Below are positions 49,391-58,403 of a DNA stretch of 64,000 bases, piece by piece (the first letter of the stretch is position 1; the number at the start of each line of letters is the position of its first letter). The DNA is from Candidatus Thalassarchaeaceae archaeon. GTDB taxonomy: Archaea > Thermoplasmatota > Poseidoniia > Poseidoniales > Thalassarchaeaceae. The notes beneath the pieces were generated by a model. It had not been told where the DNA came from and made no database searches. It saw only the letters and a program-made list of their open reading frames with translations. The stretch lies in the NCBI GenBank assembly GCA_029940695.1, contig JAPYUP010000005.1:1120-65119 (forward strand), given 5' to 3'. Made by a program: the position numbers and the translations under genes.

Positions 49391-49936
49391 ATGGAGGGGG
49401 TGGATTCAGGTATCCCTCTCGCAGTCGACATGGACGGCACGCTGATTCTCACCGACATGAGTTGGGTGAGCTTCTCGAAGGTGATTGTGAGGAGGCCGTG
49501 GATTCTACCGGGAATGCTGCTCAAGGAACTGACTGGACAGAGGGCGAAGTGGAAGCGCGACCTAGCCGAGCGGCTTGTCTTCGATCCCTCCGAGCTCGAT
49601 TATCATAGGGAGTTTCTGGACTGGTTGACCGGTGAACATGCGAAGGGCAGACACATAGTCTTGGCTACAGCATCCGATAGGATAGTCGCCGAACAGGTCG
49701 CCGGTCACGTCGGTCTGTTCTCCGATGTGATGGCATCGGACGTATCCTTCAACCTCCGTGGACAGCGCAAGGCAGAGTCATTGGTCGCTCGCTTCGGGGA
49801 GCATGGCTTCGGCTACGCTGGCAATAGCAAGCACGATTTGGTAGTCTGGAAGCACGCTGGCCAGGTAATAGTAGTGAACCCAGAAAAGGGGCTTCTAGAC
49901 AGTCTCGGAGACGATGCCGACATCATCTTCGAGTAG
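49391..49936 (+). CDS. HAD-superfamily hydrolase (like the N-terminal domain of HAD-UbiA fusions)
   Basis: PLAVDMDGTL, LATAS, NLRG..K, YAGNS..DL.VW. Confidence 0.85.
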   Translation: MEGVDSGIPLAVDMDGTLILTDMSWVSFSKVIVRRPWILPGMLLKELTGQRAKWKRDLAERLVFDPSELDYHREFLDWLTGEHAKGRHIVLATASDRIVAEQVAGHVGLFSDVMASDVSFNLRGQRKAESLVARFGEHGFGYAGNSKHDLVVWKHAGQVIVVNPEKGLLDSLGDDADIIFE

Positions 49937-49987
49937 GGCTCGTAGGGGCACAGTTGGGCTTAACCGTTAGATGCGTCGGGCGGATGC

Positions 49988-50869
49988 ATGGGTCGACGTC
50001 GTAAAGGTATAGGGCGTCGGATTGACAATCTAGCAAAGTGGTTGTTGGGATTCAGGGTCATCGCTGCACCCGCTAAGCTCTTCTCGAACTCAAGGATGGC
50101 TTGGAGCTTCGTTTCGAGGCTAGATAGGGTTCGCGTCAATCGCCAGCGAGACAGAATCATGACGGAAGATTTGCCTCAGCACGTTTCGATAATCATGGAC
50201 GGCAACAGGAGGTTCGCTTGGAACCTTAGCCTAGGGAGGGAAATCGGACACAGGCACGGCAAGGAGAAGCTCAAGGAGGTGATGGACTGGATACTGGAGC
50301 TTGGCATACCATACTTGACCGTCTACGCTCTGTCAACTGAGAACATCAAGAGTCGGGACCCCGAGGAGCTAGAGTCTCTCTACGACCTCTATGTTACGGG
50401 TCTGCGGGAAATAGCCGAAGATCCGAGAATACACTCCAAGAAAGTTAGGGTTGGTGCTGCTGGACGAATCGAGAGCCTACCAGACAGGGTAAAGGAAGCG
50501 ATTTCCTACGCCGAGGAAAGGACGGCTACCTACTCTGATTTTACCTTCACGGTCTGCTTGGCCTATGGTGGCAGGGAGGAGATTGTCGATGCGGTCAAGA
50601 GGGTAGCAGCCGACCACGCCTCTGGCGATTTGGACCTCGAGGCAATCGATACCGCGGAGATCTCGAATCGCCTTTACGACGCACATATCCCCGACCCTGA
50701 CTTAGTAATCAGAACCAGTGGGGAGGAGCGCGTCTCGAACTTCCTGCTCTGGCAGATTGCGTACGCTGAGCTCTACTTCACCGATGTTCACTGGCCGTCG
50801 TTCTCCATGGGAGACCTGTACGACGCCGTCGAGACCTACCAAATCAGGAGGCGTAGATATGGCGGATGA
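49988..50869 (+). CDS. uppS: cis-polyprenyl diphosphate synthase
   Basis: HVSIIMDGNRR, YALSTEN, AYGGREEI, DLVIRTSGEERVSNFLLWQ, RRYGG. Confidence 0.96.
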   Translation: MGRRRKGIGRRIDNLAKWLLGFRVIAAPAKLFSNSRMAWSFVSRLDRVRVNRQRDRIMTEDLPQHVSIIMDGNRRFAWNLSLGREIGHRHGKEKLKEVMDWILELGIPYLTVYALSTENIKSRDPEELESLYDLYVTGLREIAEDPRIHSKKVRVGAAGRIESLPDRVKEAISYAEERTATYSDFTFTVCLAYGGREEIVDAVKRVAADHASGDLDLEAIDTAEISNRLYDAHIPDPDLVIRTSGEERVSNFLLWQIAYAELYFTDVHWPSFSMGDLYDAVETYQIRRRRYGG

Positions 50870-51281
50870 GGCATACCTGAATCCAGCCGTCACTGTCGAT
50901 GCGATTGCTCTCCGCGAGGGTGTTGCCGGCACCGAGGCGCTTCTCATTAGAAGGGGGGAGCAGCCATGGAAGGGCAGGCTGGCGTTTCCTGGCGGCTTCG
51001 TCGACCGTGGAGAGGACCCGGAACACGCGGTGCTGCGAGAGTTGACCGAAGAGACCGGAGTAACGGGTTTTGAACCCGCGCTGTTCGCGGTCCACGGTGA
51101 CCCTCACCGCGATCCTAGGCAGCACATTGTCACCATATTCTACAAAGTATCAGTGAACTCAGATGCAGTGCCGCTTGCAGGAGACGATGCTATGCACGCC
51201 GAGTGGGTCTCTATCGAGGGACTACAGGCCAATCAGATGGCTGGAGACCATATCCGAATCATAGAGCGTCTCCGTGAGTAA
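50859..51281 (+). CDS. NUDIX hydrolase
   Basis: Nudix box PGGFVDRGEDPEHAVLRELTEETG and RDPR; start trimmed to MADE. Confidence 0.92.
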   Translation: MADEAYLNPAVTVDAIALREGVAGTEALLIRRGEQPWKGRLAFPGGFVDRGEDPEHAVLRELTEETGVTGFEPALFAVHGDPHRDPRQHIVTIFYKVSVNSDAVPLAGDDAMHAEWVSIEGLQANQMAGDHIRIIERLRE

Positions 51282-51311
51282 TCCTATGACCTTGAAGCCT
51301 CTCGGGCGGTC

Positions 51312-51728
51312 ATGAGTCGAAAGTTGAAAATCGATACTGGCGAAACCAAGTTCGGGCCCTACAGCCCCGGAATCAACGTGAAGGACCACATCTGGCTGTC
51401 CGGGCAGGTCGACGTGGATGCCGGTGACGACATAGAGTCGCAGACACGTGGCACTCTAGACAAAATCGACGATTTGCTAGCAGCCGCCAACAGCTCCAAG
51501 GCCGACCTCGTCAAGGTCACGGTCCTGATGTCAGACATCGAAGATTACGCCAAAATCAATGATATCTATGGCGAGTGGCTCGGTGACACTATTCCTCCAG
51601 CGAGAGCGGCCTACGGAATTGGTAAGTTGCCGATGGGTGCTCTCGTCGAGATAGTCGGCGAGGCGTTCAGGTACTCAGGAGAATATCGTAATACTGAAAA
51701 TTCAGAAGAGTTAGTTAGTGACAATTAG
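51312..51728 (+). CDS. RidA/YjgF-family enamine deaminase
   Basis: GPYS, LSGQV, VKVTV, PPARA, LP.GALVEI. Confidence 0.92.
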   Translation: MSRKLKIDTGETKFGPYSPGINVKDHIWLSGQVDVDAGDDIESQTRGTLDKIDDLLAAANSSKADLVKVTVLMSDIEDYAKINDIYGEWLGDTIPPARAAYGIGKLPMGALVEIVGEAFRYSGEYRNTENSEELVSDN

Positions 51729-51739
51729 GCGGCGAGAGT

Positions 51740-53125
51740 ATGAGCGTGTTCAAGGCCTACGACATCAGGGGCATCGCGGGCACGGAGTTGGACTCGGAGT
51801 TCGCCGAGCGTCTGGGGAGAGCCCTCGCTACGCACCTTGAAGCGAAGTGCGTGGCCGTCGTTAGAGACATTCGTGACTCGGGGCCGGAGTACCACGCGGC
51901 CTTCGTGAAGGGACTGAATGCGGCAGGCGCCGACGTCGTAGACATAGGGATCTCTACCACGGGGGTGCTCTATCGCTCGACTGTAGACCTCCCTGTTGAC
52001 GTGGCAGTCGCCATTACCGCTAGCCACAACCCACCTGAGTACAACGGTTACAAGATTTGCCACGGTACCATGCCGCTGGGTGGAGAAGAGTTGCAAGACA
52101 TCCGGAGGACGTTCGAGGCAGGAAATTTCCGTAAGGGAGAGGGATCGTACAATGCGGCCGAGGACTACGAGGAGAGTTACATCGATGCGGTCATCGGGAG
52201 CACCGGCAAGCCCGCACGCGATATCAGAGTAGCTCTAGATTGTGGAAACGCTGTTCCCGGGCCCCTCGCCGTTAGACTCCTAGAGCGCCTTGGTGTCGAT
52301 GTGATTCCAATCTACTGCGATTGGGATAATTCGTTCCCAAACCACCCCCCAGATCCCACGCGACCCGAGAACATGATCGATCTGGGACAAGCGGTAATCG
52401 AACACGGAGCTGAGTTCGGAATCGGGATGGACGGGGATGGGGATCGTTTGGCAGTGGTCGACGAGCAGGGGCGATTCATTCACCCTGATAGGCTGATGGG
52501 GATTTTCGCGAAGGATGTGCTGTCTAATTTGCCACAGGACGCTAGCGAGGAGCAGCGTACTATCTTCTACGACGTCAAGTGCAGCATGGCTCTCGAGGAG
52601 GCCATCGAGGGACTTGGCGGAGTTCCGCGCATGGTCCGCACTGGTCACACTTTCATGAAGCTCGAACTCAGGAATCATCCCACTGCGCCTATGGCTGGGG
52701 AAATGTCGGGCCACTTCTTCATGAACGATGACTGGCACGGCTTCGACGATGCACTGTACAACAGCGCACGGCTTCTCGAGATAGTCGGAAGAGACCAATC
52801 TCCCGAACAAGGGGGGCCCAAATTCTCTGAGCGATTCTCCTTCATGCCTGAGTACCCGACGACCAACGAGGGCAAGGTTCCGCTGTTAGGTGAGCGCGAG
52901 GAGGTCATGGCCGCAGTCATGGAAGCCTTCTCGGACATGGAGTGCTCCACAGTTGACGGAATCCGAGTGCGCTACGAGAACGGATGGTACCTTTGCCGCC
53001 CAAGCAACACCGAGCCAATCCTAGTAATGCGTGCAGAGGGACGCAGTCAGGAAGCTCTGGAGTCGATACTGGGCGATGTCGAGTCACGAATCGGTCACTT
53101 GGTTGAACTCGCGGAATTGCGCTGA
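51740..53125 (+). CDS. Phosphomannomutase/phosphoglucomutase
   Basis: FKAYDIRG, ITASHNP..YNG, DGDGDR, GEMSGH, RPSNTEP. Confidence 0.95.
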   Translation: MSVFKAYDIRGIAGTELDSEFAERLGRALATHLEAKCVAVVRDIRDSGPEYHAAFVKGLNAAGADVVDIGISTTGVLYRSTVDLPVDVAVAITASHNPPEYNGYKICHGTMPLGGEELQDIRRTFEAGNFRKGEGSYNAAEDYEESYIDAVIGSTGKPARDIRVALDCGNAVPGPLAVRLLERLGVDVIPIYCDWDNSFPNHPPDPTRPENMIDLGQAVIEHGAEFGIGMDGDGDRLAVVDEQGRFIHPDRLMGIFAKDVLSNLPQDASEEQRTIFYDVKCSMALEEAIEGLGGVPRMVRTGHTFMKLELRNHPTAPMAGEMSGHFFMNDDWHGFDDALYNSARLLEIVGRDQSPEQGGPKFSERFSFMPEYPTTNEGKVPLLGEREEVMAAVMEAFSDMECSTVDGIRVRYENGWYLCRPSNTEPILVMRAEGRSQEALESILGDVESRIGHLVELAELR

Positions 53126-53171
53126 TTTCAACCGATTCGCTTATTCAGAATTTCATTGTGGTCGCCACGCT

Positions 53172-53248
53172 GCCACTGTAGCTTAGCCTGGTAGAGCGTC
53201 TGATTCGTAATCAGAAGGCCGGGAGTTCGAATCTCCCCAGTGGCTCCA
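53172..53248 (+). tRNA. tRNA-Thr(CGU), encoded CCA
   Basis: GCCACTG/CAGTGGC acceptor stem, TCTGA-TTCGTAA-TCAGA anticodon arm, GGGAG-TTCGAAT-CTCCC T arm. Confidence 0.96.
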
Positions 53249-54514
53249 TCAAGCACTCAGGCCAAACTCATCGAGCCTGTCGGAGAACTTCCGGCAAGAC
53301 TCCTTTAGCGCCCCGATTACAGGTAAAGAGTCGCCAGAGAGGAAGCACATGGTTGCACCGCCCCCGGTGCTGTTGTGGGTAATCTCGTGAGCAACGCCTC
53401 TCTGGTTGACGAGGGCGCTCGTGTGCCCCCCGCCGATGATAGTCATGGCTGAGGCCTCGGCACACATGTTGAGGATCTCTATGGTACCGAAGGCGAACCC
53501 AGGCAGTTCGAAGTAGGATGCCGGTCCGTTCCAGAGGATGCACCCCGCTTCCTTGACCAGTGGTCGGAGATTCATCAGAGTCTGGATGCCGATGTCGTAG
53601 ATTGGGTGCTCGGTAGGGAGGTCCCCCAAAGAGAGAGGATGTCGTTCACCCTCAATCTCGACGGCGAGATCTCGGGGCAGGAAGAGGAGTTCAGCGTAAT
53701 CGGAAGTTAGCTTCTCAGCCATTCCCCACGTCTCATCGAAGTCCTGGCCCATCATGTTCCTGATGAACTGCTTATTGCGCTCTCCTATATCGTTGCCATC
53801 GGCCCAGAGAATCAGATTTCCGGAGACGCCCACGAAGGCAATTCGGTCCACGTGTCCTCTGTCAATCAAGTTGAGAGCGACTTTCAGTGAGTCGTCGCAC
53901 TTGGCTCCACCGAGGATTGCCAAGTAGGGGTTTGGGGGGTCACGGATAGCGATGCGCAGACTCTCGATTTCCTCCTCCATCAGAGAACCGGCGATGCAAG
54001 GCAGGGTGTTCGCGAATCCAGTTAGTGTCGGTGACCTCCTGTGAGCGGTTGCGAAGGCGTCAGTCACGTAGACGTCTGCCACAGAGGCTAATCTCGCCAC
54101 AATGCCAGTCGACTCTGTGTCCTCGTTGGCGTCGTACTTAACGCCGTACTCCTCTTCGTGCTTCCGCACGTTGTCGAGGAAGATGATGTCACCATCGACC
54201 ATGCCCTCAATCGCCTCGATTGCCTCGTCGCCGCACACGTCGGGAACGAACCTGATGGGCTGACCCAATATCTTCGAGAGGCGCTCGCAGTGTCTGGCCA
54301 TGTCTGTGAAGTCCGTCCTGCCCGGTCTGGACTGGTGCGATAGGAGAGCAATCTTCGACCGTGAGAGTGATTGGAGGGTCGGGACGATGGCATGCAGTCT
54401 ACTGTCATCCAGCAAAATTCCTGTTGCTGGTTCCAACGGCGAATTGACGTCCACACGGTACAGTATGGTGCGTCCCTCAAGGCGAACGTCGTCCAGCGAC
54501 AGCACGCCTTCCAC
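53249..54514 (-). CDS. pgk: Phosphoglycerate kinase
   Basis: RVDVNSP, SHQSRPG, DAFATAHR, ILGGAK, WNGP, GGGHT, STGGGA; start trimmed to GTG 54514. Confidence 0.95.
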   Translation of the reverse strand: MEGVLSLDDVRLEGRTILYRVDVNSPLEPATGILLDDSRLHAIVPTLQSLSRSKIALLSHQSRPGRTDFTDMARHCERLSKILGQPIRFVPDVCGDEAIEAIEGMVDGDIIFLDNVRKHEEEYGVKYDANEDTESTGIVARLASVADVYVTDAFATAHRRSPTLTGFANTLPCIAGSLMEEEIESLRIAIRDPPNPYLAILGGAKCDDSLKVALNLIDRGHVDRIAFVGVSGNLILWADGNDIGERNKQFIRNMMGQDFDETWGMAEKLTSDYAELLFLPRDLAVEIEGERHPLSLGDLPTEHPIYDIGIQTLMNLRPLVKEAGCILWNGPASYFELPGFAFGTIEILNMCAEASAMTIIGGGHTSALVNQRGVAHEITHNSTGGGATMCFLSGDSLPVIGALKESCRKFSDRLDEFGLSA

Positions 54515-54606
54515 GACGCTCCCACCAACAGCCCGCCTTTGGCCGTTGTGGATACTGAAGAGGGTCAATTGCACCCAAAACGCCTTTCGTCTATGGCGGA
54601 GCAAGC

Positions 54607-55866
54607 GTGAATGTGGTATGGGACCCCTCCAATCTCACCGGACCCGGCGGGCAAGACTGGCGTGTGCCTGTCTCAGAGCTCGAATCCAGACAGTCCAAAC
54701 TATCCATCAGCCTTGCAGAGGCAGGGATTGAGTCGGTATACATCGACGACCCCGTCGAACTCTACTGGTTGACCGGAGGACGTCAAAACTCCGCTATCCT
54801 GATTGGTGCCGACGGCTCTGGCATCGAGACACGGCACTGGGTCCGGCGATCGCTCGAGAGGGCGGAGTATGAGGCCGGTGGAGGCAACTGCCCCCACATC
54901 GTCGAGTCGCACCCCCGGATGGACGAACTCGAAGCATCGCTACTAGCGGCCGGATGCACGCGCGGTCCCGGACTCCTAGAGGGAAAGATTCCTTACGAAC
55001 ACTGGAGTTATTTCGACTCGAAACTCGGCGGACTCCGCGGAAATAGCGATGACTGTACCAAACTGCTCTTCGCATTGAGGGAGATCAAGTCCGATTGGGA
55101 GATTTCGATGGTTCGCGAGAGCGGCGATGTCAATCGATCGATGTTCGAGGCGATTCGGGATTGCGGCGGCTTGGGCAAGACCGAGCTCGAGATGGCTGGC
55201 GTCGCCGACGAAGTCAGCAGGTCAGCTGGATTTGGAGGCAGAATCCGCATGCGCAAATGGCCGATGGACTGCGATAGAGTAGTCATCGCCGCGGGTCACT
55301 CAGGAGCGGTACCCTCGTATTTCGACTCGGCTGTGGGGGGGCTCGGTGCCAGTCCGATATCCTCACTTGGCGCCGGTTTCGCCAAGGTCAAGAGAAATGA
55401 GCCTGTCCTCGTTGACATAGTGCACGTCCACAGAGGCTACGTCTCCGACTGCACGCGAATGTTCAGCGCAGGCTCGCTCTCCGGGGATTGGACCAGCAGG
55501 CTGGATGACATGATGGAAATCGGGGCTTCCGTGGTGGAGAGCTTGGGCAAGGGGGATGACTGCTCATCCGCATGGGACAGGGGCAGCAGCCAGGCAGCCG
55601 AGTTAGGTCATGCGGAACACCTCATGGGCATGGCCCCGGACCAGGCGAGTTTTCTAGGGCACTCGATTGGCCTCGAGTTAGATGAGACTCCGGTCGTGGC
55701 CCGTGGCTTCGATCGCCCTCTCGCCATCGGAGGCACCATGGCTATCGAACCCAAGGTCATCCACTCCGATGGTGCCATTGGAACCGAGGACACCTGGGTG
55801 AGGACGGATGATGGCATGGAGTGCCTAACTTCTGGTGCGGACTTCCCCCTGATTACGGAGTGGTGA
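54607..55866 (+). CDS. M24-family Xaa-Pro aminopeptidase
   Basis: LREIKS..EI; metal ligands VD, SDCTR, GHSIG, IEPK, TEDT. Confidence 0.88.
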   Translation: MNVVWDPSNLTGPGGQDWRVPVSELESRQSKLSISLAEAGIESVYIDDPVELYWLTGGRQNSAILIGADGSGIETRHWVRRSLERAEYEAGGGNCPHIVESHPRMDELEASLLAAGCTRGPGLLEGKIPYEHWSYFDSKLGGLRGNSDDCTKLLFALREIKSDWEISMVRESGDVNRSMFEAIRDCGGLGKTELEMAGVADEVSRSAGFGGRIRMRKWPMDCDRVVIAAGHSGAVPSYFDSAVGGLGASPISSLGAGFAKVKRNEPVLVDIVHVHRGYVSDCTRMFSAGSLSGDWTSRLDDMMEIGASVVESLGKGDDCSSAWDRGSSQAAELGHAEHLMGMAPDQASFLGHSIGLELDETPVVARGFDRPLAIGGTMAIEPKVIHSDGAIGTEDTWVRTDDGMECLTSGADFPLITEW

Positions 55867-55867
55867 C

Positions 55868-56389
55868 ATGCGCGAGAGGCCGGTAGTCTCGGTGTTCGGC
55901 TCGAACGACCTCTCTGACGCCCCTGAGACTGAAGTCATTTGCGAAGAACTCGGCAAAGCCATAGTTGATCTTGGATGCAAGGTTGCCTGTGGTGGTCTAG
56001 GGGGATCGATGACTGCCGTGTGCAGAGGGGCTCGGTCTAGCGATGGCTACCAGAGTGGGGACACTATTGGAATCCTGCCCATGGACGATGCAGACGCGGC
56101 AAACCCCTACGTCGACGTGGTAATCCCTACTGACCTTGGACTATTCCGCAACATGCTAGTCGCACGTGCCGGGGATGCGTGCATAGCTATCCGAGGTGGC
56201 TCGGGCACTCTCTCTGAGATAGCCTTCGCATGGCAGATCAACAAGCCTGTGGCCGCCATGTCCTCTACTGGAGGATGGTCGGGCGAGTTAGCCGGAAGTG
56301 CACTTGATCACCGAAGGAAGGACGTCGTCGCTGACCTGGCAAACGTAGACGATGCGGTGACTTGGCTCAAGGACGTCCTCGGCCTGTGA
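55868..56389 (+). CDS. LOG/TIGR00725-family Rossmann-fold protein
   Basis: CGGLGGSM, TIGILP, RN, GGSGTLSEIA. Confidence 0.88.
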   Translation: MRERPVVSVFGSNDLSDAPETEVICEELGKAIVDLGCKVACGGLGGSMTAVCRGARSSDGYQSGDTIGILPMDDADAANPYVDVVIPTDLGLFRNMLVARAGDACIAIRGGSGTLSEIAFAWQINKPVAAMSSTGGWSGELAGSALDHRRKDVVADLANVDDAVTWLKDVLGL

Positions 56390-56426
56390 GGATTAGTCCT
56401 ATGTCCGACGTCGTCCGCGACAACTC

Positions 56427-56720
56427 GTGAGTCGTACCAAGGTGGACGTTCAAAGGCGCCTCGCCCGCATCCTCAGGCACCGTCATGAACCTCATGGCAA
56501 ACCAATCATCGACCCCTCAATTCTCAAAGGCGTACAGATCGATGACGCTGGCATTGTGGAACTCTGGATACGGCCCCCACACCCACATTGCCCCTGCTGC
56601 CTAGATGACTTGATTGATCTCAGGAGGGCGGTAAAGGAGCAGAAGAACGTGCTTGCATGTCACGTAGAGGTGGTCGGGGTTCCCCAATCCGACCGTTGGA
56701 CTGCCGCTGTGAACGAGTAG
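56427..56720 (+). CDS. DUF59/SufT/MIP18-like Fe-S assembly domain protein
   Basis: Size and pattern (V.L.I.P..PHCP) resemble FeS_assembly_P; HPHCPCC motif. Confidence 0.55.
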   Translation: MSRTKVDVQRRLARILRHRHEPHGKPIIDPSILKGVQIDDAGIVELWIRPPHPHCPCCLDDLIDLRRAVKEQKNVLACHVEVVGVPQSDRWTAAVNE

Positions 56721-56726
56721 AAGTAG

Positions 56727-56897
56727 CTACTCGTCGGGATTAGTGTCCGCAGAATCGTCCCAGCTCCTACTCTGTCGCTCCTCGACCTCCTTGAGTTTCG
56801 AGCGGATTCTGCTTGAGATCCACCACAATCCCACGCCGAGGCCGATAATCGAAATTGCGAGTGCTTTCAGCAGCTCCGGGTCGCTCCAGTCAGCCAT
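56727..56897 (-). CDS. Small single-TM protein (56 aa)
   Basis: Below the ORF-track cutoff: MADWSDPELLKALAISIIGLGVGLWWISSRIRSKLKEVEERQ...; fills the gap after the ferredoxin. Confidence 0.6.
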   Translation of the reverse strand: MADWSDPELLKALAISIIGLGVGLWWISSRIRSKLKEVEERQSRSWDDSADTNPDE

Positions 56898-56905
56898 GGT
56901 CTCGC

Positions 56906-57205
56906 CTACAGTGGGGGAATGACGTCAATGTCACAGGAACCCGATGTGTAAAGGCAGCATGTTAGGATGCCGCCATCAGCTACCAGATCCTCGTCCAAGC
57001 CCGGGGGAAGCTCCTCTGGAAGCTCAACCGTGCCTCGAACCAGCCTAACCAAGCAGGTTCCGCAGTTGCCAGAAGTGCAACTGGTTGGAATCGTGACGCC
57101 GGCGTGTTCGGCAATCTCCACCAAAGGAGTCTCAGGATCTGCGGGAGCGGTTCCGATAATCGCCGAGCCGCGATAGAACCGAATGATTGGAGAGCCCTCC
57201 GACAT
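56906..57205 (-). CDS. [2Fe-2S] ferredoxin
   Basis: CTSGNCGTC...LTCC (C-x4-C-x2-C-xn-C); GGTGAGG SD; start trimmed to MSEG. Confidence 0.9.
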   Translation of the reverse strand: MSEGSPIIRFYRGSAIIGTAPADPETPLVEIAEHAGVTIPTSCTSGNCGTCLVRLVRGTVELPEELPPGLDEDLVADGGILTCCLYTSGSCDIDVIPPL

Positions 57206-57213
57206 CGGAGTCC

Positions 57214-58302
57214 TCACCGGTCTTCCCAGCGAGTCCAACGTCCAGTTTGCTTGTTGAAGCGCAGTCCGGCCTTCTTCATCCACTTGTTGAACTTCGTGGC
57301 GCCGGCCCCGGTAGCGATGATGAATTCCTCCCTGTCCTCCTGGGCTTGTATGTAGCCCTTGGCGGCGATGGTCTGGTCGATCCACTCATCGATGCTCATC
57401 AGGATTCCCGTGAGGGTGCTCGCCTGGAGAGCGGCCTCCAACTCCTCCGTCGTGGCGCCTGCTGACTCGAGGTCTCTCTTCATAAGGTCGGCAATCGACC
57501 TCGACTTGTCCTTCTGGGGGGGTTTTACCACAGGCATCCGAGGCTTGATGTTAGGGTCTATCTTGATTCTCGACCCATTGTCCAGACGTCTCCCGACGAC
57601 ATGGGCCATGGATGCGTGGAACTCTTCCTCACAATCCCAGCAGATGAACGAGAAATCGGACGAGTTGTCCATGACATTACTACCTCGAGGATCAATTTCC
57701 TCGCCGCAGTGCGGGCAGGCATGGAGGCAGAGCGATGGGGCAATCTTCCTACGGAAGTCGACGATGTCCTGAGGGGTCCCGACCAAGTCGAGCATCTCGT
57801 GGTCCCTCGCAGCCTCAAGTCCCCTGGTCTCCAACTGGTCCCTAATCTTGGACCGCTGCTCGTCCTTGGACTCGTCATCGAGGTTATTCTCGAGCTTAAC
57901 GATTAACTCGATGGTCTTCCCGAGCCTGTTCATGACCAGCTTCTTGTTCCTGAAGGACTCTACTCTAACAAGCCTGAGTTGCTCCTTCTTCTCCTGCAGC
58001 TCGGCGTAGATGTCCTTCTGCTCTCGCTTGAACCGCTGTTCCTCAATCTTGTCTACCTTCTTATGATCATCAGACAGAACATCAGCTAGGAAGCGCTGTC
58101 TGCTGGAGTGCCGGGGTCCAGATATGACGGCATCGATAACTGATTTTGCGACCTCTTTCTTGAGGCCGTAGTTGTTGACCAGAGTCTCGGCATCGAGCTT
58201 CTTGAGATCTCCGATTTTTATGCCGCCATCAGAGAGAATCTGGGCAGTCGTCTCATCGATGCCCCTTCGCAGAAGGGCGAGATAGGTATCCTTCTTTGCC
58301 AT
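57214..58302 (-). CDS. Unknown protein: helical N-domain, coiled coil, Zn ribbon (CPHC..CWDC), basic C-terminal domain
   Basis: 362-aa ORF with purine-rich SD-like GGAAGGGG upstream; Cys pairs. Confidence 0.75.
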   Translation of the reverse strand: MAKKDTYLALLRRGIDETTAQILSDGGIKIGDLKKLDAETLVNNYGLKKEVAKSVIDAVISGPRHSSRQRFLADVLSDDHKKVDKIEEQRFKREQKDIYAELQEKKEQLRLVRVESFRNKKLVMNRLGKTIELIVKLENNLDDESKDEQRSKIRDQLETRGLEAARDHEMLDLVGTPQDIVDFRRKIAPSLCLHACPHCGEEIDPRGSNVMDNSSDFSFICWDCEEEFHASMAHVVGRRLDNGSRIKIDPNIKPRMPVVKPPQKDKSRSIADLMKRDLESAGATTEELEAALQASTLTGILMSIDEWIDQTIAAKGYIQAQEDREEFIIATGAGATKFNKWMKKAGLRFNKQTGRWTRWEDR

Positions 58303-58403
58303 TCAACCCCTTCCATGGACCTAGGACTCTCGCACGCCCCCGGCCTTGCAGTGCCGAAGAGGGGGCCCTCTATCAAGTCGCTGTCACTTTTCTGGATAAT
58401 TGG

